From the NCBI GenBank assembly GCA_965261735.1, contig OZ253470.1:160001-224000 (forward strand): a stretch of DNA of 64,000 bases, given 5' to 3'. Source of the DNA: Alphaproteobacteria bacterium. GTDB lineage: Bacteria > Pseudomonadota > Alphaproteobacteria > SHVV01. This document shows positions 19,460 through 28,675 of this stretch, in pieces (the first letter of the stretch is position 1; each line of letters begins with the position of its first letter). The notes under the pieces are model-generated. The model saw only the letters and a list, made by a program, of their open reading frames with translations. It made no database searches and was not told where the DNA came from. Made by a program: the position numbers and the translations under genes.

Positions 19460-20137
19460 CTACCCGCCGGCGGGGGACCGCGCAAGGACATCGCGGGCCA
19501 ACGCGATCGTGACGTTGCGGCCCTCGGCGAGCGCCGCGCCGTCGAGCGCTCCGACGCACGCGCGAGCCGCGGCGAACGAGCGTTCCATGCGCGTCACCAG
19601 GTAGCGGATGACGCCCTCGTCGACGCTGAGCTGGCGGTCATCGAACAGCTTGGCGAGAACCGCGGCGAGCAGCGCATCGTCGGGCGCGGCGAGGCCGACG
19701 GCGGGAAGCCCGCGCAGCCGCGAGGCTAGATCCGGGAGCGCCACGCGCCATCGCGCCGGCGCGGTGCGCGCGGTCATCAGCAACGAGCCACCGGCCTCGC
19801 GCAGCCGGTTGTAGAGGTGCAACAGCCCGGGCTCGCCGACGCCTCCATCGGCGCCCTCTAGCGCGACCGCCCTGTGCATCTCCGCTTCGGGCGCAAAAGC
19901 CATGCCGCCCAGGGCGCCTGCCGTCGCGACCCGTGCGCCGGAACGCGCCTGCCAGACGCGCACGAGGTGCGTCTTCCCACTAGCCGGCGGGCCGAACAGG
20001 ACGAGACCGTGGGCCGGCCAATCGGGCCAGCGGTCGAGCCACGCGACGGCAGCCTCGTTGCCGGGGGCGACGAAAAAATCTTCCTCCCCAAGGGCCGGCC
20101 GGTGGGGCAGGTCGAACGCCAGCTGCCGCGTCGTCAT
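19460..20137 (-). CDS. hdaA: DnaA regulatory inactivator HdaA
   Basis: QLAFDL clamp-binding motif, GPPASGKTHL, PDLASRL, MERSF; stop codon supplied by the IS end. Confidence 0.9.
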   Translation of the reverse strand: MTTRQLAFDLPHRPALGEEDFFVAPGNEAAVAWLDRWPDWPAHGLVLFGPPASGKTHLVRVWQARSGARVATAGALGGMAFAPEAEMHRAVALEGADGGVGEPGLLHLYNRLREAGGSLLMTARTAPARWRVALPDLASRLRGLPAVGLAAPDDALLAAVLAKLFDDRQLSVDEGVIRYLVTRMERSFAAARACVGALDGAALAEGRNVTIALARDVLARSPAGG

Positions 20138-21225
20138 GGCTCCGGCGGCCCGCCCGAAGCGGCGCCACCGGGGCCGAGGAAGACGCGGCTCGTTTGGTAG
20201 CGATGGAGCAGGAAACGGGCGAGGACGCCGAGGACGGCCGCGGCGGGCACCGCGATAAGCACGCCGATGAACCCGAACAGTGCGCCCCCCGCCAGGAGCG
20301 AGAAGATGATCCATACCGGATGCAGGCCGACGCGCTGACCGACCAGCCACGGCGAGAGGAAATTGCCTTCCACCGCTTGACCGACCGCGAAGATGGCGAC
20401 GACGAGAACGATAGGGGTCAGGTCGGGCCAGAACTGCAGGAAGGCGAACAGCAACGACACGGCCAGGGTGACGATAGCGCCGACATAGGGGATGAATGCC
20501 AGGATCCCGCCGAGCAGGCCGATGACCAGGCCGAAATCTAGGCCGATGAGCGACAGCGCGGCGGCGTAAAAGACGCCAAGCGATAGGCAGACGAGGGCTT
20601 GGCCGCGCAGGAAACCGGCGAGCGCCGCGTCGATGAGCCCGAGCTGCTCGCGCACGACGTCGGCGTGCTGGCGCGGCAACCAGCCATCGACTCTGGCCAC
20701 GAGGTGATCCCAGTCGCGCAGAAGATAGAAGGTGACGACGGGCGTTATGAAGATCAGGGACAGGACGTTGAAGAAAGCGATGCCGCCACTCCACAGGCGC
20801 GCGATCAGGTGGCCGACCCAACCCGCGGCACCGTCGACGAGCCCGGGCAGCGCTTCGCGCACGTCCTGGCCGGCCTCGATCGATAGGGCGGATACGAGCC
20901 GATCGGCGATCGGCGCCGCGGCCTCTTGGACCGAGCGTACGTAGGCCGGCAGACGCTCGACGAATCCGAGGACCTGCCCTTGGACGACGGGGAACAATAG
21001 GATCGCCAACGCGATGACGAGGGCGAAGAAGACCGCCGTGACCACACTCGTCGCCAGGGTGCGCGACAGGCCCCAGGCCTCGAGCCGATCGACGAGGGGA
21101 TCGAGGAGATAGGCGACGCCAAGCCCGGCGACGAACGGCAACAGGATGCTGCGGAGGACGAATAGAACGAGGGCCGCCACGAGCAAACCGGCGAGCCAAA
21201 AGAGGAGTTCGCGGCGTGCCGTCAC
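20134..21225 (-). CDS. AI-2E (PerM) family transporter
   Basis: AYLLDPLVD, FIPYVG, VGLHPVWIIFSLLAGG. Confidence 0.92.
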   Translation of the reverse strand: MTARRELLFWLAGLLVAALVLFVLRSILLPFVAGLGVAYLLDPLVDRLEAWGLSRTLATSVVTAVFFALVIALAILLFPVVQGQVLGFVERLPAYVRSVQEAAAPIADRLVSALSIEAGQDVREALPGLVDGAAGWVGHLIARLWSGGIAFFNVLSLIFITPVVTFYLLRDWDHLVARVDGWLPRQHADVVREQLGLIDAALAGFLRGQALVCLSLGVFYAAALSLIGLDFGLVIGLLGGILAFIPYVGAIVTLAVSLLFAFLQFWPDLTPIVLVVAIFAVGQAVEGNFLSPWLVGQRVGLHPVWIIFSLLAGGALFGFIGVLIAVPAAAVLGVLARFLLHRYQTSRVFLGPGGAASGGPPEP

Positions 21226-21767
21226 CGCGCGTCACCCAAGCCCTGGGTGCGCCGAACCCATGCCACCAGATACGTCGCGCCCGACAACAGGGTCGTCGTG
21301 GCGACCAACAGGATGAGTGCCATCTCGATGACGGGAAACGCAACCTCGAACCCCGTTTGTCCGAGCACGAGCGCCGCCAGCCCGATCTGCAGCGCGGTAT
21401 TTGCCTTGCTAACGATTAGCGGGCGCATCCAGAGAGGCTGTCCCAGCGTGAAGGCGAGAAGAGCGCCGCCGATAATGAGGAAATCGCGCGATACGACGAG
21501 GATCACGAGCCACAGCGGCAGATGACCTTGTTGGCCGAGGGTGACGTAAATGGTGACGAGTAGGACCTTGTCCGCGATCGGATCGAGGTAACGGCCGAGC
21601 TGCGTGGTCGCGTTGAAGCGCTTGGCGAGGTAGCCGTCGATGGCATCCGACAGGCCGGCGGCAAGGAAGACCCAGAACGCGAGCCGCATGTTTCCGACGA
21701 TCATCAACCACACGGTGAGCGGCACCGCGAGCACGCGCCCGAGGCTGATCAGGTTGGGCAGGTTCAC
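21222..21767 (-). CDS. CDP-alcohol phosphatidyltransferase
   Basis: NLPNLIS, SDAIDGYLAK...GRYLDPIADK. Confidence 0.93.
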   Translation of the reverse strand: MNLPNLISLGRVLAVPLTVWLMIVGNMRLAFWVFLAAGLSDAIDGYLAKRFNATTQLGRYLDPIADKVLLVTIYVTLGQQGHLPLWLVILVVSRDFLIIGGALLAFTLGQPLWMRPLIVSKANTALQIGLAALVLGQTGFEVAFPVIEMALILLVATTTLLSGATYLVAWVRRTQGLGDAR

Positions 21768-22927
21768 TGCTTGACCGCCGGCCCCGGCACCGCGGTGGAC
21801 GCGGGTGCGCCCGCCCCACCGAAGCGCAGCGTCCAGAAGCCGTCCTCGGACTCTGCGAGATCGAGATCGCGCTGCGCCAATTCGGTGGCCAGCTGGCTCG
21901 CGTCACCCAGGTAGTGAAGGACGACCTGCGCCGAGTTGCGCGACAACGATTCGAGCTCGACTTCCTGGACGAGCGCCGTCTCGCCGAGCCGTTTTCGCAT
22001 CGCTACCCATTCGGCGAGCCCGGAGAGCGGAACGGTGGCACTGAGGCGGACCTCGCGGTCAAAGCGAAGGAGCGTTTCGCTCTTCCAGCGCTCCTGAATG
22101 CCGACGTCAAGCGCGGCAACAGCCTGCGCCAGAAGCGCCTCGACTTCGTCGCGTGACTCGCCGGTAAAGCTCTCGATCACGACACCCCCGCCCGCCCCCA
22201 GGTAGCTGCGCAAGCTTACATGCAGACGCGGGCGATTGGCGGCAAGATCGACCTCCAGCCGGGCATCCGCGACGACGATGTCGGCGACGCCGTGGTGGGC
22301 CGCCAGTACCCCCAGGCGCCCGGCGTTGCCGACACGCGCCTGAGCCGCGCTAATGGCGACGACATCGGCTAGGTCACCCTCCGGCAAGCGCAAGGACACC
22401 GGTGCGTCGCCATCAACCGGACGGTTGCGCCACGCGGCAAACCAGGGGTTGGGATCGTCCCACAGCAAGAGGGCCCCGGCGACCTCGTAGAGCGGTAGAA
22501 CCAGAAGCGGCTTTCGGGTCGCTTCAGTGAAAGGAATCCCGTCGTCTCTTAGCATGCGGCGCACACTCTTGTTCTTAAAGCCAACGGTTAAGGTTGCGAG
22601 ATAACGTACGGAGGACGTGCGCTCGTTCGATATCTGCAGGCTACTGACGAGAGCGGTGACCTGGGCGTCGTCGAGCCTCGGATGGCGCGCATGGTCGGCG
22701 CGCAGCGTGAGCCGGCGCAGGAGCCGGTCGAGGGCGCGGCGCTGGCCATCGATCAGTGCCAGGTCGCGGGCCTTGGCGGCGGTTTCCGCCTTGGCGTCCA
22801 CTTCAACTGCCGCAACCGTGAAGAGTTCCGCGGGCTCGGCCAGGACCGCGTGCGGCGCCGCGAAAACCAGGCTGGCGATGACGAGCCGCAGGACGCGCGC
22901 GCGTACCAAGCCCCGCGGAAGGAACAT
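21764..22927 (-). CDS. DUF2066-family periplasmic protein
   Basis: Signal peptide, LFTVAAVEVDA...ARDLAL, LWDDPNPW; conserved context next to the pur genes. Confidence 0.75.
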   Translation of the reverse strand: MFLPRGLVRARVLRLVIASLVFAAPHAVLAEPAELFTVAAVEVDAKAETAAKARDLALIDGQRRALDRLLRRLTLRADHARHPRLDDAQVTALVSSLQISNERTSSVRYLATLTVGFKNKSVRRMLRDDGIPFTEATRKPLLVLPLYEVAGALLLWDDPNPWFAAWRNRPVDGDAPVSLRLPEGDLADVVAISAAQARVGNAGRLGVLAAHHGVADIVVADARLEVDLAANRPRLHVSLRSYLGAGGGVVIESFTGESRDEVEALLAQAVAALDVGIQERWKSETLLRFDREVRLSATVPLSGLAEWVAMRKRLGETALVQEVELESLSRNSAQVVLHYLGDASQLATELAQRDLDLAESEDGFWTLRFGGAGAPASTAVPGPAVKQ

Positions 22928-23077
22928 TGCAAACGATCCGTGATGGAGTATGTTCGAGCCCCTAGGCCAAGCATATCGTATCGGTGGGGACACCATCAAC
23001 CGCCACGCCCTTACGACGGTACCCGGCGGATGGGCCGCGGCGGCGTGCTGGCCCGGCAATAGAGCACGCTTTCGGCC

Positions 23078-23725
23078 ATGGCTCGCCTAAGAGTTGCGGC
23101 GCTAATCTCAGGCCGCGGCAGCAATCTCGAAGCCCTCGCCGACGCCTGCGATTCACCCGACTATCCGGCCGAAATCGCGCTGGTCGTCTCCAACAACCGC
23201 GACGCGGCCGGGCTCGATCGAGCGGCGCGGCGCGGCATCGCACGATGTGTGGTCGACCACCGCGAGTTCGCCGACAAGTCATCGTTCGAGGCCGCGCTTA
23301 CGGCGGCGCTGGAAGCCGCCGGCGCAGAACTCGTGTGTCTCGCCGGCTTCATGCGGCTCCTGTCGGCCCCCTTCGTCGAGCGCTGGCGCGATCGGCTGAT
23401 CAATATTCACCCCTCCCTGCTACCCGCGTTCCGCGGCCTCCACACCCACGAGCAGGCGTTGGCGACCGGCGTGCGAATCGCCGGCTGCACTGTTCATTTC
23501 GTGCGCGCCGACATGGATGCGGGACCGATCATCGTGCAGGCGGCGGTGCCGGTCGCGCCTGGTGATTCGGCAGAGAGCCTGGCGGAGAGGGTGCTCGCGG
23601 CGGAGCACCGCTGCTACCCGTTAGCGGTACGCTGGATCGCGGAGGGGCGTGTCAAGGTCGAGGGCGAGTCGGTGGTGATCGCGGGCGCGGAGGCGGCTCA
23701 CGAGCCGTTGATCAATCCGCTGTAG
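23078..23725 (+). CDS. purN: Phosphoribosylglycinamide formyltransferase
   Basis: LISGRGSNL, LAGFMRLL, INIHPSLLP, GCTVH. Confidence 0.97.
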   Translation: MARLRVAALISGRGSNLEALADACDSPDYPAEIALVVSNNRDAAGLDRAARRGIARCVVDHREFADKSSFEAALTAALEAAGAELVCLAGFMRLLSAPFVERWRDRLINIHPSLLPAFRGLHTHEQALATGVRIAGCTVHFVRADMDAGPIIVQAAVPVAPGDSAESLAERVLAAEHRCYPLAVRWIAEGRVKVEGESVVIAGAEAAHEPLINPL

Positions 23726-23727
23726 CC

Positions 23728-23755
23728 CTGAGAACCGGGCGCGCGCCCGGCTCAG
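23728..23755. terminator. GC-rich hairpin between convergent purN and ndk
   Basis: CTGAGaaCCGGGC-gcgc-GCCCGGCTCAG; no U tract. Confidence 0.35.
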
Positions 23756-23762
23756 CCCGGCC

Positions 23763-24185
23763 TCACCCCACGATGTCGATGACGCCGAAGAAGAAGGCGA
23801 TCTCGAAGGCAGCGGTCGCTTCGGAATCCGACCCGTGTACCGAATTGGCTTCGATCGATTTGGCGAAGTCCTTGCGAATAGTGCCCGGCGCCGCGTCGGC
23901 GGGATTAGTCGCTCCCATGATGTCGCGATGAAGGGCGATGGCGCCCTCGCCCTCTAGGACCTGAGCGACGACCGGGCCCGTCGTCATGAAGTCGCACAGC
24001 TGATCGAAAAAAGGCCGCTCGCGATGCACCGCGTAGAAGTCCTCGGCCTGGGCCCGCGTCAGCTGCAGCCGGCGCTGCGCGATAATGCGAAGGCCGGCTT
24101 CCTCGAAGCGGGCGTTGATCGGCCCGGTCAGGTTGCGTCGCGTGGCATCGGGCTTGAGGATCGACAATGTTCTCTCGACGGCCAT
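23763..24185 (-). CDS. ndk: Nucleoside diphosphate kinase
   Basis: [24 protein letters not shown]. Confidence 0.98.
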   Translation of the reverse strand: MAVERTLSILKPDATRRNLTGPINARFEEAGLRIIAQRRLQLTRAQAEDFYAVHRERPFFDQLCDFMTTGPVVAQVLEGEGAIALHRDIMGATNPADAAPGTIRKDFAKSIEANSVHGSDSEATAAFEIAFFFGVIDIVG

Positions 24186-24371
24186 GGCGCCAACATCCGG
24201 GAGTGAGGGCGGAACGCCGCGCGTTATAAAGGCTTGCCTTCGCCCCGGCAACCGCAATGCTAGCCTTCGCGCTTCTTGGTGCTTCGAGGAGGGCCGATCG
24301 TGAACGCAGAGGCGCGCGGCCGGACCGCGCTAGGGCCTCAAGAACGAGGCCGGCGCGCTGAGACCGCGGCC

Positions 24372-24821
24372 TCAGTCGGCCCGCCGCCAGGCGCCGTCCG
24401 CCGACTGCTGCCAGTAGGTGAGCGCGTGGCCGCTCGCGCTCAGGGCCTTCAAGCGCTCGCGGGCGTGGGCCACGGCGTCGGGGTCGTTACCATCGAACAT
24501 ATCGAGGCAGCGGTCGAACGGGTCGAGATGGTCCGGTACGACGCCGTCGACGAGGACGAGGACGTTCGCGCGGTTGGGGTTGTCCTCGCTCGTCGCGAGA
24601 TAGATCGGCTGATCGGCGGCGTTGCCGTCGTGGGGGCCGCCGTGAGGCAGGAACGAGCGCTGCTCGTACGTCCACAGCGCCCGGTTCAGCGCTTCGAGGC
24701 GCTCCTCGGAACCTACCAACACGAGCACCCGGTGGCCGCGCTCCAGGACCTTTTCCAGCAGTTTCGGGAGCGCCCGCTCGAGCGCCACGCGCTGTAGATG
24801 GTAAAAGCTGATGTCCGTCAA
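24372..24821 (-). CDS. holC: DNA polymerase III chi subunit
   Basis: ISFYHL, LPKLLEK, LWT...SFLPHG; TTG start inferred. Confidence 0.93.
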   Translation of the reverse strand: MTDISFYHLQRVALERALPKLLEKVLERGHRVLVLVGSEERLEALNRALWTYEQRSFLPHGGPHDGNAADQPIYLATSEDNPNRANVLVLVDGVVPDHLDPFDRCLDMFDGNDPDAVAHARERLKALSASGHALTYWQQSADGAWRRAD

Positions 24822-24837
24822 CACACGCCCCGCGGGG

Positions 24838-26334
24838 CTAGCCCTCGTAGTGCTCGGCAACTAGGCGATCGAGGAGCCGGACACCGAAGCCCGTACCGCC
24901 CTTGGGCACGGTGGGGGTCGCCTTCTTCGACCAGGTCGTGCCCGCGATGTCGAGGTGCGCCCATGGCGTCTTGTTGACGAAGCGCTGCAGGAAGAGTGCC
25001 GCGCTGATGCTGCCCGCGCTGCGCCCGGCACCGACGTTCTTCATGTCGGCGATATCGGAGTCGATGTCCGTTTCATAGGACTCGTGGAGGGGCAGGCGCC
25101 ACACATGCTCGGCCTCACAGAGACCGGCGTGCATGATCCGAGCCGCGAGCTCGTCGTCGTTGGAGAACAGGCCGGCGTGGCTATGCCCGAGTGCGACGAT
25201 AATGGCGCCGGTCAGCGTCGCCAGGTCGATCATCGCCTTCGGCTTGAAGCGGTTCTGGGTGTACCAGAGGGCATCGGCAAGGACCAGCCGGCCCTCGGCA
25301 TCGGTGTTGATGACCTCGATGGTCTGACCGGAGAGGGACTTGACCACGTCGCCGGGCCGCTGCGCCGTCGCCGACGGCAGGTTCTCCACCAGGCCGATCA
25401 CGCCGACGGCGTTGACCCCTGCCTTACGCGCCGCCAGGGCCCGCATCAGGCCGATGACGACGGCCGAGCCGCCCATGTCCCACTTCATCTCTTCCATCCC
25501 GGAGCTGGGCTTGATCGAGATTCCACCCGAGTCGAAGGTCACGCCCTTGCCGACGAAGGCAATGGGCTTGCCGCCCTGCCGGCGTGCGCCGTTCCATTGC
25601 ATCACGACGAGCTGGGGTTCGTGCGAGCTGCCCTGGGCCACGCCAAGCAGGGCCCTCATGCCCAGTTTGTCCATGCGGGCCCGGCCCATTACCTCGACCT
25701 TGACGCCCAGTTTGGAGAGGCCGCGGGCGTGCTGCGCCAGGCTCTTGGGGAAGATCACGTTGGCCGGCTCGGACACCAGGTTGCGCGTTAGGATTACGCC
25801 ATCCGCGATATTGTCGAGACGGGTGTAAGCGCGGCGCGCCCTCGCCGCCTGCGCCACCATCATCGTCAGCGTCTTCAGGCTCGGCTTCCGGTCCGGCTTC
25901 TCCTTGGTCCGGTAGTGGTCGAAGCGGTAGCCGCCGAGGCGCGCTCCGTAGGCGATGTGTGCCGCGGTATCGGCCGCCCTCATTTTCGCGCCTGCGATCC
26001 CGTCCACGGTTATGCAGGCCACACTCTCGCCCGACTTGTTGAGGAGGCCGACGATCTTCCCGCCAAACGCCTCCATCGCGAGTGCGTCGATGTCACCGGC
26101 CTGGCCCAACCCAGCCAGCACGATCCGGCTTGCCGCGATGCCAGACGGCGCCACGATTTCGAGCTGCTGGTTCTTGTCACCGGTGAAGCGGCTCGAGCGC
26201 AGCGCTCGCTTCACCGCGCCCCCGGTTCGGCCGTCAACCAACCGCGCGGTGGGCGTGAGCTCGCCACCTTTGAGGACGCCAACGACGATGGCGCCCCGGC
26301 GCGGTAGAGTTATGTCCTTGAATTCCGTCTTCAT
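24838..26334 (-). CDS. pepA: Leucyl aminopeptidase
   Basis: VGKGVTFDSGG, MKWDMGG, NTDAEGRL. Confidence 0.97.
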   Translation of the reverse strand: MKTEFKDITLPRRGAIVVGVLKGGELTPTARLVDGRTGGAVKRALRSSRFTGDKNQQLEIVAPSGIAASRIVLAGLGQAGDIDALAMEAFGGKIVGLLNKSGESVACITVDGIAGAKMRAADTAAHIAYGARLGGYRFDHYRTKEKPDRKPSLKTLTMMVAQAARARRAYTRLDNIADGVILTRNLVSEPANVIFPKSLAQHARGLSKLGVKVEVMGRARMDKLGMRALLGVAQGSSHEPQLVVMQWNGARRQGGKPIAFVGKGVTFDSGGISIKPSSGMEEMKWDMGGSAVVIGLMRALAARKAGVNAVGVIGLVENLPSATAQRPGDVVKSLSGQTIEVINTDAEGRLVLADALWYTQNRFKPKAMIDLATLTGAIIVALGHSHAGLFSNDDELAARIMHAGLCEAEHVWRLPLHESYETDIDSDIADMKNVGAGRSAGSISAALFLQRFVNKTPWAHLDIAGTTWSKKATPTVPKGGTGFGVRLLDRLVAEHYEG

Positions 26335-26456
26335 GGAAGCCTCTGGCTGAGGAGCGGCGGGTTTTGGGCGGGCACATATTAGTCAACTGCCGGACAAAGG
26401 AAAGACGCAACTGTGCGGGCTACCCTCCGCGCGCCGAGAACGACTAGAATGGCGGC

Positions 26457-27578
26457 ATGAGCGGCGCCACACGCTACATCCTGAGGCAGTTGATCGGGCC
26501 GGTGATCTTCGTCACCTTGGCGCTTACCGGGGTCGTGTGGTTGACACAGAGCCTCCGCCTCCTCGACCTCATCATCAACCGCGGGCTCTCGGCCACCAGC
26601 TTCTTCACCATGACGATGCTGCTGCTACCGGGATTCCTCGCACTCATCCTGCCGACGGCCCTGTTCTGCGCCATTATCTTCGTCTACAACCGACTCAGCG
26701 CCGACAGCGAGCTCGTGGTCATGCGGGCCACCGGCCTCGGCCCGATGTCGCTCGCGGCACCAGGAATCCTGCTGGCGATCATCGTTGCCGTTATCGGCTA
26801 TGCGCTCGCGCTCTACTTCATGCCGGCCGGATTTCGTAGCTTCAAGGACCAACAATCCGAGGTGCGCGGCAACTACGCGACGGTCCTGCTTCAGGAAGGA
26901 ACATTCAACAACTTGGCCGACGGATTGACGGTGTACGTCCGAGCCCGCGAACGCAGCGGCGAGTTGCTCGGCATCTTGATCCACGACAGCCGCAATACGG
27001 AAAAGCAGGTCACGATGATGGCCGAACGAGGGGCCCTGCTCGCCGGCGCCGAGGGCCCGCAATTCGTCATGTTCAGGGGCAATCTCCAAGAGTTCGATGC
27101 CCAGCGCGAGCGCGTGTCGTTGCTTCACTTCGACCGCTACACGCTCGACCTCGGGCAGTTCAATGCGACGCGAGGGCCGCGCTGGCGCGAGCCCGGGGAG
27201 CGCTTTCTGTATGAGCTGTTGTCGCCCGGTGACAGCGCCGACGACCGCCAGAATGTCCTCAAGTTCAAGGCCGAGGCGCACCGTCGCCTGACCACGCCGC
27301 TGCTTGCGCTTACCTTTGCTTTTGTCGGGCTCGCGAGCATTCTTTCCGGCGAGTACAACCGGCGGCTCGCCTGGCAGCGCATCCTGCTCGCGGCGGCGGT
27401 GGCGATCGCGGTCCAGGCCGTGGGCCTGGGCCTTACGCCTCTGCTGGAACGTCGGCCCGAGTTCGCGCTCCTCATGTACCTCAACGTCGTCCTGCCGATT
27501 GTCGCCAGCGTCGTCGTCCTTCTGGGTCCGCGTTGGCGCTGGTCGCGCTCTGCCGGTGCGCCGGCACGGGCCGGCTGA
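26457..27578 (+). CDS. lptF: LPS export permease LptF
   Basis: RYILRQ, DSELVVMRATG; operon context. Confidence 0.92.
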   Translation: MSGATRYILRQLIGPVIFVTLALTGVVWLTQSLRLLDLIINRGLSATSFFTMTMLLLPGFLALILPTALFCAIIFVYNRLSADSELVVMRATGLGPMSLAAPGILLAIIVAVIGYALALYFMPAGFRSFKDQQSEVRGNYATVLLQEGTFNNLADGLTVYVRARERSGELLGILIHDSRNTEKQVTMMAERGALLAGAEGPQFVMFRGNLQEFDAQRERVSLLHFDRYTLDLGQFNATRGPRWREPGERFLYELLSPGDSADDRQNVLKFKAEAHRRLTTPLLALTFAFVGLASILSGEYNRRLAWQRILLAAAVAIAVQAVGLGLTPLLERRPEFALLMYLNVVLPIVASVVVLLGPRWRWSRSAGAPARAG

Positions 27579-28672
27579 TGCGGCTTTCCGCCACCCTGCT
27601 GGCCTATCTCGGCCGCCAGTTCCTGGTCGGTATCGGCGTGGCGCTGTGCGTGCTGCTCTTCCTCGTGCTCCTGTTCGACATCGTGGAGCTGATGCGCAGG
27701 GCCTCGGGTCGCGAGGCCGCCACGTTCAATCTTCTGGTCGCGATGGCGCTTTTGAAACTGCCGTTCCTGGCACAAAAGGTGCTGCCCTTCGCCACCCTGT
27801 TCGGCGGCCTGTTCGTTTTCCTTCGCCTGACCCGCAACCAGGAACTCATCATTGCACGCGCTGCGGGTGTTTCGGTGTGGCAGTTCCTGATGCCGGCCCT
27901 TTTCATCGCCGTGCTCGGTGGGACCTTCGTGGTCACGGCGATCAATCCGCTGACCTCGGCGACAATGTCGCGCTACGAGCAGCTCGAGGCCAGGTACCTG
28001 CGCGGCCGCCCCAACCTGCTCTCGGTATCGCCATCCGGCCTGTGGCTGCGCCAGGCCGACGCCAACGGCCAGTCGGTGATCCACGCGGCCAGCGTGTCGC
28101 AGAAGGGAACCGATCTCGAGAACGTCACCATCTTCCTTTACCAGGAGGGTGATCGCTTCGAGCGCCGGATCGACGCGCGCCGCGCGCGGCTCGCCGACGG
28201 CTTCTGGCTGCTCGCCGACGCCATGATCACCGGTCTTGAGGGGGCGCCCCAGTTCCGCACCCGCTACCGAGTCGCGACGCCGCTCACCGAGGCACGCATT
28301 CAGGACAGCTTCGCCTCCCCCGAGACGATGTCCTTCTGGGCATTGCCGGAGTTCATCAAGATGATGGAGGCGGCGGGATTCACGGCTGTCAAGCATCGGC
28401 TGCACTGGCATTCCGTGATGGCGCTGCCGCTCCTGCTCAGCGCAATGATCCTGATTGCAGCGGCGTTCTCGCTGCGTCACATGCGCCGCAGCGGCACGGG
28501 CCTTCTCATCGTGGGCTGCGTGCTCGCCGGGTTCCTGCTGTATTTCCTCTCCGACCTGGTGCTCGCGCTCGGCCTGTCGGGAGCCATTCCGGTCGTCCTG
28601 GCGGCGTGGGCGCCGGCCGGCGTGAGCACGCTCCTCGGCCTCGCCGCGCTCTTTCATCTCGAAGACGGCTAG
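27578..28672 (+). CDS. lptG: LPS export permease LptG
   Basis: ELIIARAAGVSVWQ, LWLRQ, C-terminal HLEDG. Confidence 0.92.
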   Translation: MRLSATLLAYLGRQFLVGIGVALCVLLFLVLLFDIVELMRRASGREAATFNLLVAMALLKLPFLAQKVLPFATLFGGLFVFLRLTRNQELIIARAAGVSVWQFLMPALFIAVLGGTFVVTAINPLTSATMSRYEQLEARYLRGRPNLLSVSPSGLWLRQADANGQSVIHAASVSQKGTDLENVTIFLYQEGDRFERRIDARRARLADGFWLLADAMITGLEGAPQFRTRYRVATPLTEARIQDSFASPETMSFWALPEFIKMMEAAGFTAVKHRLHWHSVMALPLLLSAMILIAAAFSLRHMRRSGTGLLIVGCVLAGFLLYFLSDLVLALGLSGAIPVVLAAWAPAGVSTLLGLAALFHLEDG

Positions 28673-28675
28673 CCG

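Larger units (their letters stand above)
14628..19464 (-). mobile_element. IS1-like composite element with passenger DNA and nested insertions
   Basis: Terminal IRs GGTACTGGCCTAATT / AACTCGGCCACTACC; 8-bp TSD CGCCGGCG (14620-14627, 19465-19472). Confidence 0.85.
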
